Positions 36,471 through 50,361 of a stretch of 64,000 bases of DNA are shown in pieces; within the stretch, counting starts at the first letter, position 1, and each line of letters starts with the position of its first letter. Below the pieces are notes generated by a model. The model was not told where the DNA came from and made no database searches. It saw only the letters and a program-made list of their open reading frames with translations. Source of the DNA: Callorhinchus milii (lineage: Eukaryota); assembly GCF_018977255.1 (NCBI RefSeq), contig NW_024704743.1, forward strand, positions 8,186,001 to 8,250,000. Reading direction: 5' to 3'. A program made the translations under genes and the position numbers.

Positions 36471-39429
36471 ATAGCTGTGACTGGTGTCCTCCTCCAAATC
36501 CTGCTAATAATAATAATAATCCTTGCATTTAATATAGAGCCTTATCACGTCTTCAAGACATCTCAAAGCGCTGCATAGAATATACTGCAAAGTGAATTGA
36601 CTGTATATTTTGTTGGCGAAACGCGGCAGCCAATTGGGCACAGCAGCGTCCCACAAACAGTTGAGGATTCAACGGCTGTTCCATTAACAATGCTTTGGAG
36701 TTTTGTGCACACGATTGGCTCAGGTATTGGGCTATTGAGATCATCAAGTGAGGATTAGTTCAATTCCAACCTTCCATTACCAAGTATGTCGCTATGCACT
36801 AACTCAGCCCCCAAAGACCCACTTACCTCACTTATTATTGCAGAGATAATAAACAGGGGAACAAACAGTGAGCTTTAAAACCACGACAACATTTTAAATG
36901 ATGTGGAATGTCTTGCTGAATAGGGTGGTGGAAGTTGGAGTCCATTATAGCTTTCAACAGTGAAGTAGGCAGGTTTATGAAAGAAAGGAGCTTCAATGAG
37001 GTTAAGGTGGGGCCATGGAATTGAAGTAATCTCTTTGCTCTGTGAGCCGGTGCAGACTCGATGGGCTGAATGGCTTCTTCCTGTACTGTAGATTTCTATG
37101 TTTCTATCTGATGGGGACAATATTCCTTGAGTTTGAGATTTGGCGTCTTGTCATGTGTCATCCTGCTTGTGCATTTGTAGGAGATATAAATATAAAAAGG
37201 TACAGTAGGCAATTGGGATCCTAATATTGTAGTTACCTCCAGTAGAGAAACTAGCAACAGCATGAGTTTGATGGATTGAATGGCTGCCTTGAATGCTGCA
37301 ATCTCTATGAGTTTCTCCCTGCAGTTTCAACATGACAACCACCTGAAGGCTTTTGAAGATGATGTGATCAGCTTATACTTGAACATATTCCACCATCAGA
37401 GGGCAACAGGAAACTGTGCTGTTTCGTGTATTGAAAGAAATTGTAAGCAAGGCTCAACATTGCTCAGTATCCTTGCCCCAAAACTTAAAGTGTAAGATGT
37501 TGCAGAAGTTTGGAAAATTCCTAAATTCAATCTTAATATTAGCTTGATATTAGAGCAGAATAGTTTAAAGGATTATTTGTTTGGGGTATTTAAATAGTGA
37601 AATAAATTGATTAGGTAGTGTGCCCAGAATCTCTGGAACTCCCTGCCTCAATCCTTCTGTCTTTCCTCTTCTTTGCCCATCTTCAAATCACACCTGAAGA
37701 CTTTCCCCTTCGACAGGGCTTTTGGTCACCTCCCCTCTCTTTCATTGACCCAAAGGTGCTACATCAAAAGTAAGGATTAATATTATTATTGTTATAAACA
37801 CAACAAGTGATTGCAAAGATCCTCAGACCTTCAGCTTCCATTTTTTCCAGCAAACCCTGACTGTCACAAACATGTTAATGAGGTTGGGGGTATAACTAAG
37901 TGGAAACATGTTGCTTTAGGATTAAATAGGTATTCAGGATTATAGTACTTGCATTTCAAATTGATCTTAGTATATAAAACATAAATTTGGTTCTGTATCT
38001 ATGTAGATTGCCCTCATTATACTACTGAATAGGTTTCTGTTTAGTTAGTTCGCATAAATACAAATTTGCTAAATATCTTCACGATTACACAGAAAAGGCA
38101 CCTGTAAACCATTATTTATTGTGTTGCTTGAAATCTGGTACAACACAACATATTTAATTCTATTTGTCAATCCTGGCTGATATGATATATTGCATTGGTA
38201 GTTTTATTGATGCAAAACTGAAAATATGTACAGTATTTAAACGCTCTGTACTTAAACAGTTTTTTCCATGAAATGCTAGTCATAAGATTGCCAGATGCTA
38301 AAAATAAATCTTACCGGAAAACTGAACCATGTGACAATACAATAACATGGGAACAGAAAGAGGCCATTCAACCCATCAAGTCTACACCACCAATGAATCA
38401 AGTGACCAGAGCTAATTCTCATTTATTCCTGCATTCTATAAATACAGTATAGCTTGAAGATAGATCTTTATAGTCACACTTTTATCAACAAGGAAAATCT
38501 AGCTCCTTTATGGCTCAGTGAATCAATACATTGTCTGGTATACAAATCCTCTGTTCACTCTTTAATACAATAAAATAGATATAAGCTCGGCTGGTGATAT
38601 GGGTGCTATCGTCAGCCTCCATGGCTTTGGGATAGGGAGGGGGTACAGGGGATACCAGGATTCCTATTTCCAATCCAAATGATTCTTACTGAAAAGCACG
38701 CATTTGTGAATTGCGGGTAATGGCAATGCCGTTACCTGGATCACTGCCATTGTCTTGTTCCACTTAGTAGCAGTTTGTTTCAGGAAAACAGATTTACATA
38801 ATATTTACAGCATGGAAATGGGCCACTCAGCCAAATAGTCCATGCTGCTGTTTATACTCCATGAGTCACCATCCAATCCTTATGTGTCAACCCTTGAAAA
38901 TGAAGGCAAAGCTTGTGTCAACCCTTGAAACTTGAACTGATTGCATTCAGCCAATTTCTTATGGTTGTGGCTGTGGGGAATTATACTTAGCCAGTATGGC
39001 CAATGCAGAAAGTCAATAAAGTACTCCGGTAATTAGGATCGTTAACAGAATTAGCATAGTATTATAAATGAATCCAACCTACTGCCTTCTGGGGTTATTC
39101 CTTTGTTGAGATATCTCATTAAATAGGTCTCAGTCTAAATTGATCAGCCAGCTAGTTACAACAGCCCACTTTTGCCTTCTTGCTCATTTGAAAACATGGT
39201 TGTGAGTCCTCGGACCCACGGTGAGTCAGAACACATCGTTCACTCTGCCTCACATTCCAGTATTCTCTTGCGTAGTGCTCTGGGACGCTACCCTGCGGGA
39301 GCAGCACTATATAAATGCAAGTTGTTGTTGTTGCAGTGTAAGTCCTCAACCTCTTAAGATTGGGCTCTTAAATGTCATTCTAATGGGGGAATTCCTTAAT
39401 TAAAGATTCCACAAAAACTGGTGAACGAA

Positions 39430-40030
39430 GGACTACCCACTTGCTGCCACTTCAACTCTCCCTCCCACTCGCACTCTGACCTCTTCATCCACGGTCTCCT
39501 ACTCTGTTCCAATGAGCCACAGTGCAAACTCGAGGAACAGCACCTCATTTATCTGCTGGGGACCTGACAGCCCTTTGGCCTCAACATTGATTTGAACAAT
39601 TTCAGACCATTTCAGCTCACCTTCCCCCTCCCCCTCTTCTGTGACCATTACCACATCATCTTGGTCCCAGATACATCTTCTCTCTCTGGTCTGCCTTATT
39701 GTTGCAATCTTTCTCCCCCCTCCCTTTGTTCTGCAGTATTAACACCTCCATTCCCCTGTTTTGTTGCAACCCCCCCCTTTGTTTTGCATCATTAACACCT
39801 CGTCCTCTGTCCTCTACCCCATTTTCTCCTTTGTCTTCCTTGCCCTGCCTCCCCCAACCTGTTAGTCTTTAAAATTCTCTCCCTCCCAACGTGCCCCAGT
39901 TCTAACGAAGGGTCGTGGACCCGAAACGTTGACTTATTTTCCTTTCTCCGTAGATGCTGCCTGACCTGCTGAGTGTTCCCAGTGACTTCTGTTTTTGTTT
40001 CAGATTTCCAGTATCTGCAGAATTTTACAT
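39430..40030 (+). mobile_element. Penelope-like element 3' remnant: GIY-YIG endonuclease C-terminus plus terminal region
   Basis: Translates HFNSPPHSHSDLFIHGLLLCSNEPQCKLEEQHLIYLLGT*QPFGLN, the HFN...KLEEQHLI...GLN signature; followed by a pyrimidine-rich tract, a hammerhead motif and GATGCTGCCTGACCTGCTGAG. Confidence 0.8.
39897..39934 (+). ncRNA. Degenerate minimal type I hammerhead ribozyme (G5A, predicted inactive)
   Basis: cagtt CTAACGA aGGGTC gtg GACCC GAAAC GTT gact: CUGANGA and GAAA boxes, stem II GGGTC/GACCC, stem I AGTT/GACT. Confidence 0.65.
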
Positions 40031-41302
40031 TTTGATTACCCACTCAATTCTTTTACTGTGGACTTATTGTACCCTTTCCATGGTTCTGATTACTTTCTAC
40101 AATGAGGTGCTTAGAACTGCATGCAGTGCTCCAACTGTGGCCTAACTAAATAAATTTAAAGTCACATTCTTACTTTTATATATGAAGCCCCTATATAAAG
40201 CCTAGAATCCCATTGGTCTCATTGTAGAGCCCCTACTTTGTAAACCCTCATCTGTAAAAATCTGACTACCTTTCTTGTTTCCAGCAGCCACCGTGCTATG
40301 TCCAATGTGCCCCTGAAAAAACAGGAGGGTTCATTTAATAAAATGTTCTGTGCCAGATCCAATAAAAATAAATAGGCAAGGATAAGGATCCATAGGGGCT
40401 TTACTTCCATGTATTTGACTTTAAAAACAAATTCAAATAAAACCAAATTCATCTCAGAAGTTAAGTCTGGACCCACCATCTCCCTCCTTGGTGACAGATT
40501 GTTAAGTTGTCTTGTTGCAGGTGGCATCACCATCACATGTTTGACAAAGTTGGTGAGTGACTACTAGGGCAAGAGAGGGCTCAGCCCCCCCCAATCTACC
40601 TACAGTCACCTCTTTAAAGGCAGCCAGTCCTCCGAGGAGCTCCAAACCGCAGCATCTGTGAGGGCCCCTCTTGCGGCACCTGCCTACTTCTGGTCCAACC
40701 GGCTGCTCGTTGAGGCTTTTTCACCTCTGTTTGGATGATGGACCTGCCAGTCAAGCCAATTGCTCACCTGTCTTAAAGGGGACCGTCCTTAAACTGAGTT
40801 TTACTCAGCCCCCACACACCCCACCCCCACAATTTTTCACCCGCCACCTATGGCGAGAACAGTTTGCCAATACCCTGACAGAGTGGAGCCAAATAAAATT
40901 GGTCACTCGCTCCATGGCTGTTTGTGGGACTTTGCTGCTTGCAAACTGGCTGCTGGATTTCATCCACAAACTACACAGTCACTCCACTTTACAGTATATT
41001 CTGTGAAGCACTTTGAGACTTCTCAATTATTTGATAAGGCATTATATACAAATCAAGGATTATTGCCATTATTATCTGGCTGAACCTTTCAGTACGATGA
41101 TACACCCAATCCAGGGATTAGATAGTTTAAATTTGAATCTTGAAAATGATGTGACTTTACTTTGAAGAATGCCAGACTAATTGTTCCCTTTCATGATTAA
41201 CCTATATAATACTTAACTTTTCCTTGCTGTAAAACAAGATTGTCAAAAGCGGCAGATTTCTAGAAATAAGAATAAAATATATTAATACAATTTTTCCAAA
41301 TA

Positions 41303-41612
41303 AGTGGCGGGTGGGTCGGTAACCAGAGGACACAGATTTACGATAATTGGCAAAAGAACCAGAGGGGAGATGAGGAGATATTGTTTTACCCAGAGAATTG
41401 TAACAATCTGGAATGCATTGCCTGAAAGGGTGGTGGAAGCAGATCCGATAATAGCTTTCAAAAATGAATTAGATAGGTACGTGAAAAGGAAAAATTTTCG
41501 GGGCTCTAGGGTAGAGCAGTGGAGTGGGACTCATTGGTAGCTCTTTCAAAGAGCCAGCACAGTCTCAATGTCCCGAATGGCCTCCTTTTGTGTTGTAAGA
41601 TTCTACGAATCT
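41303..41612 (+). mobile_element. CR1 LINE 3' end
   Basis: TRGHRFTIIGKR...FTQRIVTIWNALP. Confidence 0.88.
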
Positions 41613-43044
41613 GTTCTAAATGTTTCTAAACTAGCTGCCGTGAAGAAGCCAAGTATATGTCAGTCTATTGCAACAGCATTTAGTGAAGACCGAGTATGTA
41701 GGTATAAGTCATGCAGGTAAATTGTCTAGATGGAGTCACAGAACATCCCAGCTCAGCGCATTAGTGGCAGGGGATAATTAGTGTTTACTTATAATCATCA
41801 GCCCTCTGTGCCAGCAAGCATGGAAGACTGAATATCCAGAGCAAAGGAATCCCTGCTGTTTTCCAGCTGTCAGGAACAGTAATTACATTGTGTCTCAACA
41901 CCTCTGGGAGCTTGGCAGCATTTATCCATCAGTGACTGCTCTGATTCGTTAGACGCCTTAAGGCCTATCCCCATCCCAACCAATCCTCTTTGTTACTGGC
42001 TGAAAAGAAAATGGGATGAAGATCATAATAAGAAGATAATCATTCACCAGCTCTGTGTAGCCTTGTTGATGGCTTAATTGAGGTTAAAATAAGCTCCAAT
42101 CAGACCGATAACAGTGCTACTTAATCTTACATAAATATGTAAGAAATACAAGTGCATGATTAGGGAAGAATAATCTGCACCAGCAGGGTTTCTGCAGGGG
42201 ACAATTATTAGCCAAGCACTGAACAGCTTGGTCTCAGCAAGAGCTGTTCACCATTCATGAGTGGGTACTGACAGAATATTTTTTAGCGCACGACTGAGTT
42301 CAATATGACATATAAAATCTGGCATTACAGACGCCAAAAAAATATCCAGAATATGCCAAAGATCCACTGCAAGTGATAGGGAAAAAAATAGGTCAATATT
42401 CCAGGTGGGACCTCTCATCAGGAATGAAACGGTGTGGGCTGGTTCCTGCAGAGGGCAGCGGAGCAAACGTTAGGACCAGGCAGAGAAAACAACATCAGGA
42501 ATGAGTTAAAAAGTGATTATGTTCTTCAAGAGGTATCTGGTGGGCCATTAACAGATTGTGAATGCTGTTAGTGGAAGCTTTAAACTAAAAGTGCATGAAA
42601 CAGGTGTAAGAAGGTGTGAAATTCCAGTGCAACATAACGGTAAAAAGGAGTGAAAAAGAAATCAGAGGTTTGCATGACTACCTGATATTGGGGGAAAGGT
42701 TAACTAGTAAGTGATGTACTGCTCCTAATCTTTGGATCAGGCTCAGTTTAACATGTATCGGAGGATGAGCATAGAAGCAAAAGCATGTGAGTACATACTG
42801 TGTTCGATTCCCAGACAAGTCGAAACCTTAGGCAAGTTTCTTTACTCCACACTCCTCTGTTTACCTAGCGGTAAGTAGGAACCCGGTTGTTAGTCAATTG
42901 GCAGATCACTCCGGGGGGGTAATAATTGCTTAATGGTATACACTTTATGGTATACTCTGTGGCGTACTTTGAGAAGTCTCGAAGATGTGATAAGGCACTA
43001 TATCAAATGCAAGGATTATTATTTATTATAAGACAAAGCCATAC

Positions 43045-43860
43045 TCTTTGGCTCCCGTCAACATCTTCTCTCCTGCTGTCCAGAACTCCTCATCCTACCC
43101 AATCTCTCCCTAAGACTCATCGAACCCATACGCAACTTAGGATCAGGTTTCCCAGCTATCCTTCTTACCCCACATCTGGTCCCTGGCCACAACCTCCACC
43201 TCTGTCACATTGCCCTGGCCAGGTCCGCTTTCCTTCACCTCCACCACATTGCCCGCCTATGTTCGTACCTCACTCCAAAAGCTGTGGAAATCCTCGTCCA
43301 TGCCTTCGTCACGTCCCGCCTCGACCACTCAAACCCCCTCCTCACCGGTCTCCGCTACTCCACTACTCACAAAATTCAACTAACTCAAAACTCCGCCGCC
43401 CACATCCTCACCCGCACTGAACTCCGTACCTCCATTCTACCAGTCCTTGTCAAACTCCAATGGCTTCCGGTCACTGAGGGGATTGATTTCAAGATCCTTA
43501 CTCTGATGTTTAAATCCCTGGCACCCCATACATCTCTCCAACCTGCTCTCTCCCTACACCACTACCTGTTGCCTCTGCTCGGCTGGCTCCTCCTTGTCCC
43601 CTGGACCATCCACCCCACCATCGGCGGCCGTATTTTCAGCCACTACTCCCCAAAGCTATGGAACATTCTTCCTAAATCCTTTCACTTTGCTGCCCTACCC
43701 TCCCCATTTTCAGGTCACGCTTGAAGACATGCCTCTTCGACCGTGCCTACGGTCACCTTCCCCCTCCTGCTGGTTCAGCATTGGGCTCCACCACTGTTAA
43801 ACACTCCGAGACCCCGCACAGCGTGAAAGGACCCATATAAATACAAGTTGTTGTTGTTGA
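43045..43860 (+). mobile_element. L2 LINE 3' end
   Basis: LVHAFVTSRLDHSNPLLTG...QLTQNSAA...LQWLPV; (TTG)n tail. Confidence 0.87.
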
Positions 43861-45337
43861 ATACAATACTGTGGGATTAGAGGAGGTTGATGGGAATTAT
43901 TGTTGGACATGAAGAGTGTCTTTGGGGTAATGGGCAATAAATTAGAAAGAATCTCAGAAAGGGAGATTTCCTGATGAGGTACAGCACTAACTCTGTGTCA
44001 AATTCGTCTCATACTCGTGCAACCCTTTTTATTTTTACATCAATCCACACAAATTCATATTCCAGCACAAACCGTGGATAGTTCTGGATACTTGAGAATG
44101 CAGGGGAAATGTTGGCACATTTCTCGCAGTCCAGGAATCTAGTATGGAATTTTACTTAAATAGAAACATGTGAGGGGATGGTGTGAAACTAAATTAGATT
44201 AGGCAGTTTTCATCTGATCCTTGTCTCAGTGAAAGCTGGTCCACAGCACAAGTGTTCATAATGTAACACTAATTACAGCTACAATGAAGGTTGGAGCGTA
44301 AAATGGTATCAATTATCATATATACCAAATCCTTGCATTTGACATAGTGTTAAAGCGTCTTAAAGCACTTTACATTGTATTTCCCTGTATTTGGAGGTGA
44401 AGGAAGCAGGCAATACATGTATAGTATTATCCGATACATTAAGTGAATGAGCAATTATCTAGGGGATTGTTGGCCAGGACACTGGGAGGAACTCCCTTTC
44501 CTTTTCAAATACTGTCATAGGATCTGCAATGTGACCTGACCAAGCAAATGCTTTAACATCTCATGCAAAGGTTCTCCCAGCACAACATCGAAGCGTCATG
44601 GGACTTGAGCTTACAACCTCCTGACCCAGATGTGAGACAACTAACCAACTGAGCAAAGCTGACACACTGTAACAGAATAATAGAAAATTCCTCACTATCA
44701 ATGACTTAAATTATTGCAGGTATGTTCCACATATTCGTGTTCTGTTGCATCTCTAAAGGAGGCACGACTTGCAAATATAAGAAAAGTTTATTTTGCTAGC
44801 TTATACCAATATTTTAAATCTCACGATCTGCTTTATTCAAACCAGGTTGAATCCAAAGTTAGAAGACTTGCAGTCTACCAAATTCCTTGGCAGGATTGAA
44901 GTGATTTCACCTCTCTGGCACTGATATGCTAAAATCCAGCCAATACATGTCAGAATTCATACAATTCTGAGTATTAAACATACTTTCCATTACCCGAAAG
45001 TTAATTATCCAGAGAAGCAAATCAATGGGCACTTATTTAAGAAAGCACCACTGTGAAAAAGTGTTGGAACATTACACAACATTTGTCAACCTCCCCGTGG
45101 ACCCAGTAACTAGCCATCTACCTCACACGAGAAATTGAAGGAACTCTGTCGTGTGAGATTGTCCACCCAATAAGTAAGATAGCTGACAAGAGGTAGGCAT
45201 CTACACAGCCTTTGATGATAGACTGACAGATATTTCAATTATTTGAGCCAAAATGTTAGAAAAACAAACCTGACATTTCACAAGTGCCGATTTTCACTAC
45301 CGATTCCATGCTCGATTCCAGTAATCCATCCTCAGGT

Positions 45338-45750
45338 ATCATAGAATCATAGAATATTACAGCACAGAAGGAGGCCATTCAGCCTATCATGCCTGTCGCT
45401 CTCTTTGTAAGAGCTACCCACTCCCCTTCCCCGCTCTTTCCCCACACCCCTCCAAATTGTTCCTTTTCAAGTACCTATCCAATTTCCTTTTGAAAGTTGT
45501 TATTGAATCTGTTTCCACCAGCCTTTCAGGCAATGCATTCCAGAGCATAACAACTCACTGTAAAACAAATGTCTCCTCATCTCCCCTCTGGTTCTTTTGC
45601 CAATCATTTTAAATCTATGTGCCCTGTTTACTACTTGCCTGCGAGTGGAACCAGTTTTCCCTATCTACTCTATCAAAACTCCTGATAATTTTGAACACCT
45701 CTATTAAATCTCCACTTAACCTTTTCTGCTTTAAGGAGAACAATCCCAGA
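45338..45750 (-). mobile_element. CR1 LINE 3' end. Other CR1 fragments near 1-330, 11845-12950, 25785, 36920, 40050, 48220, 53790, 59965 and 61675
   Basis: ATCATAGAATCATAGAAT tail and GGAGGCCATTCAGCC 3' motif; collinear with the 15998 copy. Confidence 0.85.
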
Positions 45751-47554
45751 TTTGTGGATTTTTAACTCAGCCCCAAAGAGACCCTACTTCCTCCCCTTAT
45801 GAGGATCCTTTGATTTATTCACTCTTCATTTCAACAACTTGCACTTATATACGTCCCACATGCAGGGTAGCATCTCAGAGCGCTTAAATAATAATCCTTG
45901 CATTTGATAAGAGCACCTTATCACTTCGTTGAGACGTTTCAAAGCTCTTCACAGAATATACTATGAAGTGAATCGACTGTATATTTTGTGGGCTAAATAA
46001 AGGCACGTGTGGTTGTGTGCCAGCTAATATGCACTTTGCTGGGAGGGAGAAGGAAGTGAAAATGGGAGCTGTGAACAATGACCTGCTGGATTAGATTAGG
46101 CAGTTTGTGTGAAGAAATACAATACTTCAGCACAAACTTGATGGCCTGTTTCTGCTCTATGATTCTAGGAGTGAATGTCAGCCTGGCTCAGTTGATAGCA
46201 CTCTCACCTCTGTTGCTCTATTCCAGATTTAGAATCAACCTCCATTTTTATGTTTGATCTTTAATTTATTTTTGTACGATGATTTTTTTCAACATTATAT
46301 TACTATATATCTATAATGTTTTTGAGGTGATAATTATCACATCCACCCACCCTGTTGATATAAGAACGTGAGAATTGCTGGACGAAAGATGACCACAGTT
46401 CATCCACTTTGCCTTCCACCATCCTTAATTTCTTGACTGGCAATGCCTTGCTCTGTGCCCACCATCATTCTGGTTGGGCTCAAATCCGTTTGAAGCAGCA
46501 ATTAAACGTGGAGATGTACGGATCGTAGCATTGGAGTGAGAGAGACCAGCTTAACCCATCAAACTTGTACTCTAACCAAGTCAAATGATGGGGAAGAGAT
46601 CATGTATCAGAGCAGCTCAGTTGGTAGCACTCTTGCCTGAGTCAGAAGGTTGTGAGTTAGAGCCCCACATCGTGACTTGAAACTCATATTCTCTTGGCTG
46701 ACACTCCCAACAATGCAATGGTGCTGAATTGTTGGAGGTGCTGTTCTTCGGATGAGACGGTACACCTGTTCAGGTGGACATTAAAGATCCCATGGCACTA
46801 TTGGAAAAGAGAAGGGAATTTCTCCCAGTGCTCTGCCCGTGGATGCATCTTGATAATTCACTTAAATGAGAATCACCATACGTATGCAGGCTCTGTGAAA
46901 TTAATGTCAGGTTTACACTGTGCTAACAAGTCAATCTATATTGATACATATCAAAAGCTCTCCAAATGAACTATTACAAATATACTTAAACAAAATTCCA
47001 CCGATGGGAACCATTAAGCCTCTAAGTTGACATTGTTATACAAAATGGTTTGGCAAGTGATTTTTTTTGTAATGAATCAAAATCTGAAGCTCTCTATTTA
47101 CAATGCGAATATTTTGCCAAAAGACTGAAATTAGGAGAGGGGCCACAAAAATAGCTGTTTCCAACTGATAGGTAAGGTTTCAAAGCCAAAAAGGAATGCT
47201 TGTTTCAGTGAAATTGTAATCTGAATGGTACATTAGTCGATTGCCTCAAGTAATCTTAGTCTTGTTAGATATCCATCGTAGGATTTTGCATATTACCAAG
47301 TACAGATGGAGGCTGCAAGCAATCCTCTCTGTGTTTGTAACTCCTTTGGCTGAGAAAACATGACTTAAAAAAATACTAAGTGGACGATTCTTGTTCCGTT
47401 TATCCATCTTTCAAAGTCCTACAGTTCAATGATGATAACTGATCAATATAAGTATTGATCAGTTATAATGATCAGTTTTGGTATTACCTCAAACTGCATT
47501 TATCGTTACTGTGCCCAAGTTTGGAATTCCAAATAGTATTGACTTTCTTTGATT

Positions 47555-48047
47555 AATAATATAATCCTTGCACAATAATAATATAATCCTTGCACTTGAT
47601 ACAGCACCTTATCACTTATTCGAGAAGACTCAAAGTGCTTCACAAAAAATATTGTAAAGTGAATTGACCGTATATTCACTTTACTGAATAATGTAGCTTA
47701 GTGGTTAGAGCATTCGCCTTGCAAGCGAGGACAGATTTGATTCCCAGGCAGGGTGAAACGTCAGGCAAGTTTCCTTACTTCACCCGCCTCAACTTACCTA
47801 AGTAGGAACCCAGTTGTTAGTCAATTGTTGGATTGCTTTTCTGGGGTTAATAATCCCTTCAAAAAGTAATAATTTGGTCACTCAATCCACGACTGTTTAT
47901 GGGACACTGCCGTGCACAATTGGCTGCCACATTTTGCCAACAAAATATACATTCAACTGACTTTATAGCATATTCTGGGAAATGCTTTGAGACATTTCAA
48001 AGACACGATAAGGCGCTATATCAAATGTAAGGATTATTATTATTATT
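47555..48047. mobile_element. Back-to-back SINEs: minus-strand tail (47555-47675) and plus-strand long-subfamily copy (47690-48047)
   Basis: Same family motifs in opposite orientations. Confidence 0.8.
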
Positions 48048-49229
48048 TTGTGAGAGAAACATAAAAATGTTTTAACGGCAGCTGATATTCTTCTTTAGGA
48101 AATAAGTTGCTTTGATCCTACAATCACACATCTTCAAAATCAAGCTTAACATCATTGGAACTGGAGGTACTGACAGTTGACAGACATTGACAGAAATTTA
48201 GACAGTTTGAAAAACACCTAGAAATTTTAGCACCAATGGAGAACATTCAGCCCATCACGATTGTGCTTGTACTCCTCCCTGCTGGAGTTATCTTCTCTAA
48301 TCCTATTTCATCTTTCTTCATACTCTTCTAAAATATTATTTAAGCACCTATTCCTTTCAAATTATATAACTGACTTAACTTCATCAGCCACTTGTAGCAA
48401 TGCACTTCACATCCCAATAATCTTTCATATATTGATATTTCTTCTTACTCTCTTTTATCTTTCAAGCAAATAATCTTGAGTTTATTAGTGTTGTTGCCAA
48501 CTCCCCAACCATTTTGGGATTATTCACAATCTCAAATCATGATTTGAAACATAGGTTCCATCCGCTCTCAACATACTCCAAAGAATATAGTCCTATATAG
48601 TTAATCTTATCATAATTATTAAAACCGAGGTCCTGACTGCTTGCTCAGGTTGACATTAAAGGTCCCATAATACTATTCAAAAAGAGGAGTTTCTTGTAGT
48701 TTCCTGGTCAACAAAATCCCTCAAACAAAATTGGTCACACAATCCATGACTGTTTGTGGGACACTGCTGTGCAATCTGGGATTGCTGGGATTGTTCAATC
48801 CCAGGAATTGATTATTCTTTTATAATAAAGGCCAATTTTTCTTCTTTCTGGACCTACGAGATGCACATACTAGAGAAAAAATTGTAAAAGAAATTGATAT
48901 CTTGGGCAGGATAGTTGACTGAATACTGTTAGTAAATCCCATTAAACAGATTATGTTAGAAAATGAATACAAACGGGTATTATGAAATAAATTAATTGAA
49001 ACAGTTTTTCATTGTTTTCCGTTTTAATTTTGATTAGACATAGCATAATGCCATACGCCAAACGCAGTTAGTCTAAAAAAATACATTCAAAAAAATCTTT
49101 AGCAGATCATGCGCTCAACAACAGGTAATGTTCCAAAGGAACCCTGTTTGTACAACCAATCTGTACATCATTAAAACAGGAGAATTCAGATTAGCATCAA
49201 GTTTGTCTGCTTTTATAACACCCATCATC

Positions 49230-50361
49230 AGTGCATAAGTAGATTTTTATTATTAAAATGTTAGCACTTTATTGTACAATAAATTGTTAAGCAGATTTTG
49301 TTCAATTTTTGTCTGTACATTTTAAATAATCTTAACAGCTCCTGTTGTAGTGCATCTAGGAAGCATAAGCCTACACAATACTTTCCAGTACCATTTGCAA
49401 TACAAATGGTTAATATTTGTCCTGCAATGGAAATTACCAATAGCTCAAAAGTGCACACAACTTCTTAGTTTTCCTAAGAATAGCCCCCTGTGTTGCCCAT
49501 CATAAAATACTCCCCAAAAGCTCTTAGTTCTGATCTTAACTGGGACATTGACCCAGTAAATGAATATTACAAGTTGGCAAAATGTGATTAGAAAATGTTA
49601 CTGTATGAAAAACATACACTGTTAAGGAACTATACACAAACTATATATACACACATTGGTTGAGGGCATGTTACTTTAATATTTGTACCCTTTTTAAAAT
49701 CTGTACATCACATAGCATTCTGAAACACTGGGTGTGATCATATGATCTCTGTATTAACAGCAGACTGAGTGAACATCCAGTGCAGGATGCTTTTAGTCCA
49801 TATTCATCAAATGGGAAGCATCAGCACAAACATTCACCTTTTCAGTAAAGCTGTGAAAAAAATAAATTACACAAATTCTGGCCGTGCTTGCGAGCAGTAT
49901 GGACTCAGCAGTGATTTACAATATTAGAACTTCTGCTACAATGAACAGCAGAAAAGGCTACAAATGAGGTTTGCAAACTATATATAGGAAACAGATATTT
50001 CCTAAATATACATATGTGCAGAAATGACTGCTTAGCCCCTCAGGCAAATATTGCTGCAAAATAACCCAGTGTATATAACTATACTTAAATCTCTATTTTT
50101 CTTTATAACCAGGTAACCCCGGTAAGCCCGCCCGCATTTGTCTGCCTGGCATTTTACACAGACAATCGCAGTGATTGACACTTGATTTCAAGAGTGATAC
50201 CCACTGAAAAAGTTACAGATCAGTTTAAAAACCAGTGGAAAATCAGAGGTAAAAGTTTACCATTTTCTGTTCAGCTGAAGATACAAGAAGCACACGTACA
50301 ATACAATCTAGTTCTGACAAAATGAGTTTTGGTAGATCTGGATTTCATTTACACGATTTTT
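49230..50361 (-). other. ARHGAP12: Probable ARHGAP12 3'UTR
   Basis: Repeat-free AT-rich sequence directly after the stop codon, ending at tandem AATAAA signals. The 3' end is inferred and a longer isoform is possible. Confidence 0.65.
49246..49273 (-). terminator. Tandem polyadenylation signals (AATAAA x2)
   Basis: Plus-strand TTTATT at 49268-49273 and 49246-49251; TGTA (CFIm-type) elements just upstream on the mRNA strand. Confidence 0.6.

Noticed and set aside
38883..38930. 17-bp direct repeat TGTGTCAACCCTTGAAA x2 as a CRISPR-like array
   Set aside because: Only two units in a eukaryotic context; a simple local duplication.
47429..47520. C/D box snoRNA suggested by ATGATGA
   Set aside because: No suitably placed terminal CTGA or closing stem, and no evident host intron.
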